Of a stretch of 64,000 nucleotides of DNA, positions 42,730-52,020 are shown in pieces. Origin of the DNA: Microcoleus sp. (GTDB lineage Bacteria; Cyanobacteriota; Cyanobacteriia; Cyanobacteriales; Microcoleaceae); NCBI GenBank assembly GCA_052279835.1, contig CP181291.1, positions 2,560,001 to 2,624,000 on the forward strand. The letters are read 5' to 3'. Under the pieces are notes generated by a model. The model ran no database searches. It was not told the DNA's origin and was given only the letters and a program-made list of their open reading frames with translations. Each line of letters starts with the position of its first letter. The stretch's first letter is position 1. Made by a program: the position numbers and the translations under genes.

Positions 42730-42931
42730 ATGTTGAGGCAAAAAGTTGTTCGTGTTACAGCCACGCCCGTTTGAACTTGAAGATGGGTCAATATTCCCTC
42801 ATGCAGTTGAGTTGGAAGATGTGCCTAGTCCAGAAGAGTTTCAGAAGTTCTATGACCATTGGTTTTCTATCTTTGAGGATTTAGCCAATGGAGAAACTTC
42901 TGACGATCGGACAAGTTGCCAAGCAGCTTAA
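42730..42931 (+). pseudogene. Small accessory ORF of the IS607 element, probably frameshifted
   Basis: MLRQKVVRVTAT.. (ATG 42730) joins FELEDGSIFPHAVELEDVPSPEEFQKFYDHW by a 1-nt shift at ~42769. Confidence 0.4.
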
Positions 42932-43493
42932 TGTTACAGTTAAGACTCTGAGGCTGTGGGATGAAGAAGCTAAATTATCTGCCCTACGGACTCCTGGTAA
43001 ACATAGAATGTATCGAGAGTCCGATATTGCAAAGTTTATAGGCACTTATATAGAAGATAAATCAGTTGAGTTACCAGTCTGTGTTTACTGTAGAGTTAGT
43101 AGCCATGACCAGAAGCAAAAAGGTGATTTAGAGCGTCAGCAAGGCAGAGTTTTAAATTACTGCGCCAATCAAGGTTACAAGGTTGAATATTCATTGGCAG
43201 AAGTTGCTTCTGGTATGTCTGATACTAGAGCTAAGTTGCATAAATTGTTCCGGCTTGCGATTGATAAGAAGATTTCCAAACTAATCATTGAACATCGAGA
43301 TAGACTGTGCAGATTTAACTTTGAAATATTTAAGTTATTTTTCGAGACTCATGGTGTTGAAGTTGAATATATGGAAGAGACTTTACCTAAAACATATGAA
43401 GCTGAGTTAGTAGAAGATATGCTGTCACTAATGTCTTCTTTCTCAGCTAGGATTTACGGCAAACGTTCTGCAGAACGAAGGAAGAAGAAATGA
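42888..43493 (+). CDS. tnpA: IS607 TnpA serine recombinase with MerR-like HTH
   Basis: TLRLWD, YCRVSS, EVASG and DRLCRF motifs. Confidence 0.93.
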   Translation: MEKLLTIGQVAKQLNVTVKTLRLWDEEAKLSALRTPGKHRMYRESDIAKFIGTYIEDKSVELPVCVYCRVSSHDQKQKGDLERQQGRVLNYCANQGYKVEYSLAEVASGMSDTRAKLHKLFRLAIDKKISKLIIEHRDRLCRFNFEIFKLFFETHGVEVEYMEETLPKTYEAELVEDMLSLMSSFSARIYGKRSAERRKKK

Positions 43494-44728
43494 TTTTAGT
43501 AGAGAGACACATCATTAAACAATCCCATCAGCATTGGCAGTCCATAGATCGACTATCTTTCTTATCTAAGAATCTCTACAATGCAGCTAATTACATCTGT
43601 CGTCAATACTTCTTTGCTAGTAGTAAGAAATATAGTCTCACCGACTTATATCATCTGATTAAAAATTCAGTTGACTATCGTGCATTACCGACTAAAGTTA
43701 GCAAACAAATCATTAAGCGTCTGGTTTCTACTTGGACAGGTTACTTTGAAGCTTACAAAGAATGGCAGCGGCATCCGGGTAAGTTCTTAGGTAAACCCAA
43801 AATACCAAGATATAAGGATAAAATCAAAGGACGCAATCTAGTTATTTACCACCATGAGTCAGTTTACAAAGCGGAACTTAAGAAAGGAATCTGCCATTTA
43901 TCGATGAGTGAGATTAAGATTCCCACTAAAGTAGATAACATTGTGGAAGTGAGATTAGTACCTCGTGCCACTTGTTATATAGTAGAAATAGTCTATTACA
44001 AGCAGGAGCAACAACGAGAGTCTAGTCATTATGTGGCTGGTATTGACCTGGGCTTAACTAACTTAGTAGCCCTAACTTCAAACCAACCAGGTTTCAGACC
44101 TATTCTGATTAATGGACGACCGCTCAAGTCGGTAAACCAATTTTATAACAAGACTAAAGCTCAATTACAAACTCAATTAGAAGGGGAGCGTAAAACAAGT
44201 AAGAGAATTCAATCTCTGACTGCCTATCGCCATCGCTATGTTGACAATTATCTGCACAATACAAGCCGAGGAATTGTCAATCTACTACAAGAGTCAGAGA
44301 TTGGTATCTTAGTAATTGGTAAGAATGAAAACTGGAAACAGAATGTGAATATAGGTAAAATAAATAATCAGTCATTCACACAGATTCCCCATGCAAGATT
44401 AATTGACCAAATTACATATAAATGTCAATTAGCAGGAATCAAAGTCGTAGTCACTGAAGAATCTTATACCTCAAAGACGAGTGCTTTAGATTTAGAAACA
44501 CCCCGCAAACACAATACCTACCTGGGTAAACGTGTCAAGAGAGGCTTGTTTCGCTCTCAGTCAGGAGTCAAACTCAATGCTGACGTTAATGGTTCCTTAC
44601 AAATCACTAGAAAAGTATTCCCTAATGCCTATACAGTAGAAGGGATAGCGAGTGCAGCCGTTGCACCTTTAAAGGTAACACCTTTATTAAGTGTCAAGAG
44701 TGAGCAAATGAAGATTTGTTCATTTTAA
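43490..44728 (+). CDS. tnpB: TnpB RNA-guided endonuclease family protein
   Basis: GIDLG, TEESYTSK and NADVNG RuvC motifs; SKNLYN N-terminus. Confidence 0.92.
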   Translation: MILVERHIIKQSHQHWQSIDRLSFLSKNLYNAANYICRQYFFASSKKYSLTDLYHLIKNSVDYRALPTKVSKQIIKRLVSTWTGYFEAYKEWQRHPGKFLGKPKIPRYKDKIKGRNLVIYHHESVYKAELKKGICHLSMSEIKIPTKVDNIVEVRLVPRATCYIVEIVYYKQEQQRESSHYVAGIDLGLTNLVALTSNQPGFRPILINGRPLKSVNQFYNKTKAQLQTQLEGERKTSKRIQSLTAYRHRYVDNYLHNTSRGIVNLLQESEIGILVIGKNENWKQNVNIGKINNQSFTQIPHARLIDQITYKCQLAGIKVVVTEESYTSKTSALDLETPRKHNTYLGKRVKRGLFRSQSGVKLNADVNGSLQITRKVFPNAYTVEGIASAAVAPLKVTPLLSVKSEQMKICSF

Positions 44729-44838
44729 CACGAACGGTTCCACCAACAGCACTCCCTGTTCTCCTTTCCCTACCCGATAAAGTTGCGGGTGCTCTCGAAA
44801 GTCGATCGCCTTAAAATCGTGATTGTAGTCAAACTGCT

Positions 44839-45264
44839 TCATTGAGGGTTTTGTACTCTCTCCGAAACTACAGAATTCCCCTCCATCCTTTGATCGGGTT
44901 TGGTATAAACCCAAGCCCAAGCAATTAAGACAGCTTGAAAAGGCAGCCTGAACCAATACAGAAGTGGGTGGTGGGGAATCCCTTCTATGGGAATGCTGTT
45001 GATGGCCTGATTAATATTAGCTGGAAACACGGCAATAAACAGAGCAATTAATCCCCAGGCGGCGGCGCGACTCACGGGAGGAACTAACAGCCCAATGCCT
45101 CCCAAAATCTCGAAAAAACCGCTGATATAAACCAATGCTTCTGGGTAAGGAAGCTGGGGTGGCATGATTTTGATAAAAGGTGCGGGGACTGCAAAGTGGA
45201 GAACCCCGACAACACTAATAGCCACTGCGAGAATAACTCGCCAAATTTCTTTTTGAGTTTTCAT
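44839..45264 (-). CDS. DoxX-like membrane protein
   Basis: GVLHF, SGFFEILGG, AVFPAN and RLPFQ motifs; ATGA overlap with the DUF4385-like gene. Confidence 0.85.
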   Translation of the reverse strand: MKTQKEIWRVILAVAISVVGVLHFAVPAPFIKIMPPQLPYPEALVYISGFFEILGGIGLLVPPVSRAAAWGLIALFIAVFPANINQAINSIPIEGIPHHPLLYWFRLPFQAVLIAWAWVYTKPDQRMEGNSVVSERVQNPQ

Positions 45265-45309
45265 GGGAGAGCATTAATTAAAAATTGTAAATTTGCAGCA
45301 ATAATCCTT

Positions 45310-45482
45310 GCCAAAATCCGCTGTTTGTGAAACAGTTACCCAGTTTTCCCCGTCAACAACTAACCGCTAGGGGAACTTTGACAAACGGCTGCGGATTGTC
45401 ACCCAATAAAACAGCGCGGGTGTTTTATCAAAATCTTAATCTCCCGTTGCCGGATCTCGCCTCTGTCCTCCGGCAGTTTTAC
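45310..45482 (+). ncRNA. Candidate structured non-coding RNA
   Basis: Long interrupted stem 45315-45397, hairpin 45400-45422, GC hairpin 45447-45476 followed by TTTT. Confidence 0.3.
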
Positions 45483-45794
45483 TAAAAAAAATAGCATACC
45501 CAGATTCCCAGACAACTAAAAGTGCTGCGGGACTCTCACAGGAGATCTTGTTATAGCAATCCTTGCAGGAGTCGTAAATATTTCTACCCCACCCCAACCC
45601 GGACCGCGAGTTCGGGGAGGGAGTAAGAAATTCACAAATGATTTAGGATGGCTATAGTTTTAATGACGTTGATTTAAGTTGCAATTTAAAACTCAAAAAT
45701 CTATCCAAAGCCCTATGTCTCATGCCCTAGGTTGATTTGGGCTGGCATTGCTAAATTAGAAATTGAGGTAATGCGATCGGGAACTTAAGCTTTT

Positions 45795-46553
45795 ATGACA
45801 GATAAACAGCAGCAACCAACAGAGGAAATCGAGCCGCCAGCAAATTCGGTTTGTGAGGCGTTTGAGATGCAGCTAAAAACGGCGGCGATCGCACTTAACG
45901 CGATCGGTGTAGCAGGAACGGAAATTGGCACGGCTGCCGCCGCCAGTGCGGGGGAAGCAGCCGAGACAACTTTCAAACAAGCCCAGGAATATTTCGACAC
46001 AGCCACCCGCGAGACAGGAAAAGTTTTGGAAGCAGTGGGCGACAACCCTCTGCTGCGAGAATTCCTGAAGTTTTTCCGTGCCGAAGGGCTGCTAACCTTA
46101 ATCGGTATGGTGGATGTTGCTAGTGCTGAAGCTGCTGTGAAAAAGTTGCAGCAAGAGTATCCCCAGGAAACTCCTGCCGAAATCGCTCACAGGATTGTAG
46201 TAGAAAAAGCCATCTATGCTGGCGGTATCGGCTTGGTAAGTAGCGTTGTCCCTGGAGTCGCCTTGGCGCTGCTGGCGGTGGATTTGGTAGCGACGACACA
46301 GTTGCAAGCCCAAATGGTTTATCAGATTGCTGCGGCTTACGGTATGGATGTGCGCGAACCAACTAGGCGAGCGGAAGTTTTGGCTATTTTTGGCCTGTCG
46401 GTGAGTAGTTCGGAAGTGCTGAAAGTGCTTTTTGGTGGGCTGCGAAATGTGCCACTGGCAGGAATGGCGATCGGCGCGAGTACCAATGCTGTGATCTTTT
46501 ATACGGTGGGGTACGCTGCTTGTAGATTTTACCAGTCGAAGGGAGTTGTTTGA
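45795..46553 (+). CDS. EcsC/DUF697-like hypothetical protein
   Basis: LQAQMVYQIAAAYG and VPLAGMAIGASTNA motifs. Confidence 0.75.
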   Translation: MTDKQQQPTEEIEPPANSVCEAFEMQLKTAAIALNAIGVAGTEIGTAAAASAGEAAETTFKQAQEYFDTATRETGKVLEAVGDNPLLREFLKFFRAEGLLTLIGMVDVASAEAAVKKLQQEYPQETPAEIAHRIVVEKAIYAGGIGLVSSVVPGVALALLAVDLVATTQLQAQMVYQIAAAYGMDVREPTRRAEVLAIFGLSVSSSEVLKVLFGGLRNVPLAGMAIGASTNAVIFYTVGYAACRFYQSKGVV

Positions 46554-46986
46554 TTTTTGACAGGGCGATCGCCCAGGATGTCAAGTGATTTTAGATTTAT
46601 TTAAACTTTCTTAATCCCCATTGATTGTGAGAAAAAATAGTCTCCTTTTCTCTAGCAATAAATCACACTCAAAAATTGGTATTTTCGGAAGTTCCCAACG
46701 ATGTTAGAATAGGTAATGTCATCGAAAAAATGTTATTAACTGCCGCGTGAGCCACAGGCTGTTTGCCGATGCGGATCGACCAGATAGGCAAGCTATCAAG
46801 ATATGTGGCTAGAATTACCTGTAGCATCCAGCTAAATTCGATCGCCCTGAGAAAATCCCAAACTATTCTCCGAAAATATAACATTTTTTTCCTGGCAGGA
46901 ACTTTCTTGCCACCAATTTATTCAAAAAGATTGAGCCTCCCAGCCCTGTGTCATTTTTATCTAAACACAAGCAATCACCGACGACC

Positions 46987-47484
46987 ATGAACACTTCACT
47001 TAACACCCCTAAATTGCATCTCAATCGAATGCTGCGGCAATCCCTGCTAGCAACCATCATCTCCGCAGCAGCCTTGGCTAGCGGATGGGTTCCCGGTTTG
47101 TACGGCAATTCGCCCAGCCTGGTTTTTGGATCTAGCGCCCAAGCTCAAGAGATTAGCAGAGAGGAGATTACTAGCTACGCTCGTGCTGTCTTAGCAATGG
47201 AACCTAGACGCGAGAAAGCTTATAGAGAAATAAAAGGAATGGCACCAGGTGGAGCGGTTCCAAGAGTATTGTGCAACGAAGCTCAGGGAATCAATAGGCT
47301 CTCTGGAAACATTCGCGGCGTGGCAGTAAATTACTGCGACCAAGCTAAAAAAATTATAGAAAATAATGGTTTGACAGTTGCTCGCTTCAACCAGCTTACT
47401 TTGCTCCAGCAAGCTAATCCGGCTGTCAAAGCACAAATTCAAGCCGAGTTGGTACGGCTGCAACAACAAACTGCTAATCCATAG
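46987..47484 (+). CDS. DUF4168-like secreted protein
   Basis: EITSYARAVLAMEP and NGLTVARFNQ motifs; signal-like N-terminus; start uncertain. Confidence 0.75.
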   Translation: MNTSLNTPKLHLNRMLRQSLLATIISAAALASGWVPGLYGNSPSLVFGSSAQAQEISREEITSYARAVLAMEPRREKAYREIKGMAPGGAVPRVLCNEAQGINRLSGNIRGVAVNYCDQAKKIIENNGLTVARFNQLTLLQQANPAVKAQIQAELVRLQQQTANP

Positions 47485-47651
47485 TTATTCGTGATAGGTG
47501 ATTGGTGATTGGTGATTAGTTATGGGTGATTGGTTGGTGCCAATAGCTAATCACCAATTCCCTATTCCCGATTCACAGGAAAATCCCCATAAATAAGATA
47601 TTCCTCAAAAATAGGTGCGAGATTAAATCCTGTGAGGGATAAAATATAAAG

Positions 47652-48089
47652 ATGCTAATTTTTACAAAACATTTGCCTGCAAATCCTGATGCTGTAGTCA
47701 GCTTTGTTTTACCCCTGACTGCGGACGATCGCACTCGCAGTCGTCACCGATTTGAAACGGATGCCGGAGAAGTGGTAAACTTGCGTTTGCCCAGAGGTAC
47801 GGTACTGCGCGATGGGGATTTATTGCAGTCGGAAGACGGTAATTGTTTAGTGCGAGTCACAGCCAAACCAGAAGCAGTGCTCGCAGTACGCGCTGGAAAT
47901 CGGCTGCTACTGATGCGGGCGGCCTATCATTTAGGAAACCGCCACGTAGCTTTAGAAGTGGCTGATAATTATTTAAAGTTTTCTCCAGATTCAGTCTTGC
48001 AGGGAATGCTGGAAAAAATGGGTTTGGAAGTAACAGCAGAAATTGTACCATTTCACCCAGAAGTGGGAGCCTATGGTCATAGCCATTAA
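47652..48089 (+). CDS. ureE: Urease accessory protein UreE
   Basis: [21 protein letters not shown]. Confidence 0.95.
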   Translation: MLIFTKHLPANPDAVVSFVLPLTADDRTRSRHRFETDAGEVVNLRLPRGTVLRDGDLLQSEDGNCLVRVTAKPEAVLAVRAGNRLLLMRAAYHLGNRHVALEVADNYLKFSPDSVLQGMLEKMGLEVTAEIVPFHPEVGAYGHSH

Positions 48090-48175
48090 GATTTGAGATT
48101 TGAGATTTACCATTAGTTTGATTCATTGAAGAAGAAAGAAGCGAACAGAGAACAATCAACAGTTAACAATCAACA

Positions 48176-48865
48176 GTGAACAGTCAACTTTTATGTTTAT
48201 TGCAGCTAGCTTTTGCACCTGTGGGAGCTTATAGTTATTCTGAAGGGCTCGAAATTTTAGTAGAAACAGGTGAGATCGATAGCGAAGTTAGCTTGAGAAA
48301 TTGGTTGCAAGACTCCCTGCAATTCGGGGCGATTCGAGTAGAGGCTGCGCTGGCGGTACGGGGTTTGAGAGCGGCGAAGAAAGGGGATTTAACAGGTTTG
48401 AGTTATTGGAATGGGTGGGCGACGGCGACTAAGGAAACTGAAGAATTGCGATCGCAAAGTTGGCAAATGGGACGGACTTTGATGCGGTTATTGCTAGATT
48501 TGCGATCGCCCACACCGGATGGATTAACAAAAATAGTACCAGAATTCGTGGCATCGGAGGGTAATCAGTGCAATTTTGCCATCGCCTTTAGCATTGCTTG
48601 CGCTTGCTGGCAAATTGAAGAAGAAGCAGCCGTGTTAGGATATTTGTACAGTTGGGCGACAAACTTGGCGAGTGCGGGTGTCAAATTGATTCCCCTTGGT
48701 CAAACAGCCGGTCAACAATTATTGTTAGATTTGCACTCGCAAATTAGCTTTACTGCCCAAGAAGTTTTAAAATTAGAAGATGACGACCTTGGTAGTTGTA
48801 GTTGGGGATTGGCCCTAGCTAGTATGGCCCACGAAACTCAATATACTCGATTATTTCGCAGTTAA
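48176..48865 (+). CDS. ureF: Urease accessory protein UreF
   Basis: PVGAYSYSEGLE, HETQYTRLFRS. Confidence 0.93.
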   Translation: MNSQLLCLLQLAFAPVGAYSYSEGLEILVETGEIDSEVSLRNWLQDSLQFGAIRVEAALAVRGLRAAKKGDLTGLSYWNGWATATKETEELRSQSWQMGRTLMRLLLDLRSPTPDGLTKIVPEFVASEGNQCNFAIAFSIACACWQIEEEAAVLGYLYSWATNLASAGVKLIPLGQTAGQQLLLDLHSQISFTAQEVLKLEDDDLGSCSWGLALASMAHETQYTRLFRS

Positions 48866-48895
48866 AAATCAGACAATCTCAAATCTCAAATCCCT

Positions 48896-49492
48896 ATGAG
48901 TGCTTTTCGTGTTGGAATTGCGGGCCCTGTTGGTTCGGGAAAAACAGCTTTACTTGATGCTTTGTGCAAATCCCTCCGTCAGCACTACAAGATGGCTGTG
49001 GTGACTAATGATATCTATACTCAGGAAGATGCACAGTTTTTGGTGCGGAGTCAAGCTTTGGATAGCGATCGCATTTTGGGCGTAGAAACCGGAGGCTGTC
49101 CCCACACGGCTATTCGGGAAGATGCTTCCATCAATTTAGTGGCTATTGAACAATTGGAATACAAATTTACTGACTTAGATTTAATCTTTGTCGAAAGTGG
49201 GGGGGACAACTTAGCGGCAACTTTTAGCCCTGAGTTAGTAGATTTGACAATTTACGTAATCGATGTGGCTGCGGGAGACAAAATCCCCCGCAAAGGAGGA
49301 CCAGGAATTACTAAATCCGATTTGCTGGTAATTAATAAAACAGACCTCGCACCCTATGTGGGAGCAGATTTAGGAGTGATGGAACGAGATACTCAAAAAA
49401 TGCGTGGGGAAAAACCTTTTGTTTTTACTAATTTGAAAAGCCAGGAAGGATTAGAATCGGTAGTTGATTTTATCCGCTACCATCTAGTCTAG
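48896..49492 (+). CDS. ureG: Urease accessory GTPase UreG
   Basis: [23 protein letters not shown]. Confidence 0.97.
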   Translation: MSAFRVGIAGPVGSGKTALLDALCKSLRQHYKMAVVTNDIYTQEDAQFLVRSQALDSDRILGVETGGCPHTAIREDASINLVAIEQLEYKFTDLDLIFVESGGDNLAATFSPELVDLTIYVIDVAAGDKIPRKGGPGITKSDLLVINKTDLAPYVGADLGVMERDTQKMRGEKPFVFTNLKSQEGLESVVDFIRYHLV

Positions 49493-49716
49493 AATTATAT
49501 TGAAATTAGATATCTAATTAGTCGAAGGGAGCATTTTTAAAGGTAGTTGATTAATCTAATATCGTTGACCGTTGGAAGATCATTATTTAACCACAGAGGA
49601 CACAGAGAACACAGAGAGAGAAGTTGTTGGATTATCTACAGCGGGGAAAAGCGGGTTTACTAAATCATTAGTTTTAGACATGGATAATTTATACAACCCG
49701 CCCCTAGGATTTAATG

Positions 49717-50607
49717 TTAGTTCATGGGTTTGATTCCTGCCAAATCCAAGATTTGAGGAATTAAATCTTCCCGCTTGACAGCCATCATGTGAACTCCTTG
49801 ACAAATTTGTCGCGCTAGCTTAACTTGTTCGGCGGCAATTTTTATGCCTTCCTGTAAGGGTTCGGGAGCTTTTGCCAAACGATCGATCGTCTCTTGTGGT
49901 ATGTGAACTCCCGGCACATTCTTTTTGATAAATTCAGCATTTTTAGCGGATTTAAACAGAAAAATTCCTGCTAAAACTGGTTTGTTAGAACCCGCAGCAA
50001 TGTGGTGCATAAACTTATCTAAAATTTCAAAATCTGTGATTAATTGACTTTGAAAAAACTGGGCCCCTGCTTCTAATTTTTTCTCAAATCGACTTTGTAA
50101 ACCTGACCAACTGGGGCATTGCGGATCGACAGCAGCACCGGCAAATAAATCAGTAACTCCATCTGTTAAAGGTTTGTCATTCCAGTCTTTGCCACTGTTC
50201 ATTTTTTGAATAGCTTGCAGCAGTCGCACTGCTTCAAAATCAAATACGCTTTTAGCTTTTGGATGGTCTCCGGCTTTGACTGGATCGCCTGTTAGTGCTA
50301 ATATATTGCGAATACCTAAAGCCTGTGCTCCCATCAAATCTGCTTGCAGGCCAATTTGATTGCGATCGCGACAAGCAACTTGACAAATCGGCTCAATGCC
50401 GTGCTGCAATAAAATTACGGACACTGCTAGGGGGCACATTCGCAACACTGCGCGACTCCCATCGGTGATATTAATGGCGTGAACTCGGTTTTTAAGAATT
50501 TCAGCCATTGCTAGCGTATGAGTCATATTACCACCTTTGGGAGGGGCAACTTCGGCGGTAATTATAAATTCTCCGGGGGTGGTGCAAGCAGTGCGAAAAC
50601 GATTCAT
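49717..50607 (-). CDS. metF: Methylenetetrahydrofolate reductase
   Basis: AEVAPPKG, ACRDRN, ALTGDP and FFQSQ motifs. Confidence 0.88.
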   Translation of the reverse strand: MNRFRTACTTPGEFIITAEVAPPKGGNMTHTLAMAEILKNRVHAINITDGSRAVLRMCPLAVSVILLQHGIEPICQVACRDRNQIGLQADLMGAQALGIRNILALTGDPVKAGDHPKAKSVFDFEAVRLLQAIQKMNSGKDWNDKPLTDGVTDLFAGAAVDPQCPSWSGLQSRFEKKLEAGAQFFQSQLITDFEILDKFMHHIAAGSNKPVLAGIFLFKSAKNAEFIKKNVPGVHIPQETIDRLAKAPEPLQEGIKIAAEQVKLARQICQGVHMMAVKREDLIPQILDLAGIKPMN

Positions 50608-50611
50608 TATT

Positions 50612-50812
50612 TGTTGACAGTTGACGGTTGACAGTTGGCAGTTGGCAGTTGGCAGTTGGCAGTTGGCAGTTGGCAGTTGGCAGTTGGCAGTTGGCAGTTG
50701 GCAGTTGGTTGTTGATTATTTGTTATTTTCAACAACCAACAACTAATAACCAATAACCAATAACCAATAACCAATAACCAATAACTAATGACTAATGACT
50801 AATGACTAACAA
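50612..50812. repeat. STRR tracts (GTTGGCA)n, (TAACCAA)n, (TAATGAC)n
   Basis: Seen directly. Confidence 0.92.
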
Positions 50813-51823
50813 CTAATTTGGTAAAGAATAACCGAAAGCTTTTTTAACCTTAGTCAGAGTTTGGTTGGCAATCGCTTCTGCTTGTTCCTTTCCACGACGC
50901 AGCACCGACTCCAAATATCCCCGATCGTCCATTATTTCTTTGTATTTATCCTGAATAGGTTTAAGTGCATTAATTGTGGTTTCTGTCAATAGGGGCTTAA
51001 AATCTCCCCAACCCATATTTTCACACTCCGCTGCCACTTCTTCCTTCGATTTCCCAGAAAGCAGGAGATAAAGCGTCAGCAAATTTCTAGCTTCGGGGCG
51101 ATCGGGGTCATCAAAGGTCAAACCTCGCACCGCATCTGTTTTGCACCGCTTAATTTTTTTGGTAATTGTTTCTGGCGAATCCAATAAATTAATTCTACTC
51201 AGTTCGGAAGGGTCGGATTTCGACATTTTACGATTGCCGTCTGTCAAGCTCATCACCCTCGCGCCGTCAGTCCGAATTAATGGTTTGGGAAGTTTCAATA
51301 CAGGTTTTTCCGGTGTGCCAAATTGGTGATTTAATCTAATAACTAGATCGCGGGTTAGTTCCAAATGTTGTTTTTGGTCTTCTCCTACTGGTACTTGATC
51401 TGCATCGTAAAGCAAGATATCTGCGGCCATTAATACGGGATAATTCAGCAAGCCTGCGTTAACATTTTCTCCTTGTTTAACTGCTTTTTCTTTAAACTGA
51501 ATCATATCTTCTAGCCAGTTAATCGGCGTAATGCAGTTAAGCAGCCACGCTAGTTCTGTATGAGCAGGAACGTGGGATTGTATGAAAATAGTAGAATATT
51601 CCAAATCGATGCCGCAAGCTAAATAAAGAGCGGCGATGGTGTAGCTGTCATTAGCTAGAGTTGCGGGATTATGCGGTGCGGTAATGGCGTGCAAATCGAC
51701 TACGCAAAAGTAATTTTCGTACTGACTTTGGATTTCTACCCAGTTGCGAATGGCACCGAGATAATTGCCGAGGTGTAAATTGCCTGTTGGCTGAACTCCT
51801 GAAAGAACGCGCTGTTTGCCCAT
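50813..51823 (-). CDS. trpS: Tryptophanyl-tRNA synthetase
   Basis: HLGNY, GEDQKQH, KMSKS. Confidence 0.97.
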   Translation of the reverse strand: MGKQRVLSGVQPTGNLHLGNYLGAIRNWVEIQSQYENYFCVVDLHAITAPHNPATLANDSYTIAALYLACGIDLEYSTIFIQSHVPAHTELAWLLNCITPINWLEDMIQFKEKAVKQGENVNAGLLNYPVLMAADILLYDADQVPVGEDQKQHLELTRDLVIRLNHQFGTPEKPVLKLPKPLIRTDGARVMSLTDGNRKMSKSDPSELSRINLLDSPETITKKIKRCKTDAVRGLTFDDPDRPEARNLLTLYLLLSGKSKEEVAAECENMGWGDFKPLLTETTINALKPIQDKYKEIMDDRGYLESVLRRGKEQAEAIANQTLTKVKKAFGYSLPN

Positions 51824-52020
51824 GAGGAAAAAAGAGAATGGAAGTCACATTTCTATATTGACACGTTATCTCGATCTAAGTCAAATATAACTCGGCGGTT
51901 GAAACCGCGTCTACACAAACGAAGTCCGCCTGCGCGGACTCAAGAATCAACGGGTATTTAAGGCGGATTATTTTTATAAATAGGTTTAAATCCCAGTCTG
52001 AAAAACATCCCTGTCAACTG

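Larger units (their letters stand above)
42634..44737 (+). mobile_element. IS607-family element (small ORF + tnpA + tnpB) inserted at a GG dinucleotide
   Basis: Junctions TAG-GG-tagcg and cacgaac-GG-TTC; no TIRs; GG on both sides. Confidence 0.9.
42245..44842 (-). pseudogene. DUF4385-like gene interrupted by IS607 (5' part 44736-44842, 3' part 42245-42633), with an extra frameshift at ~42445
   Basis: YRVGKGEQGVLLVEP | YKGEILPFWRFKTPE..DFVGADMARKFLQ rejoin exactly on removing the element. Confidence 0.85.

Noticed and set aside
45300..45490. 6S RNA, SRP RNA or a known riboswitch
   Set aside because: No long closing stem or diagnostic motif recognisable by eye
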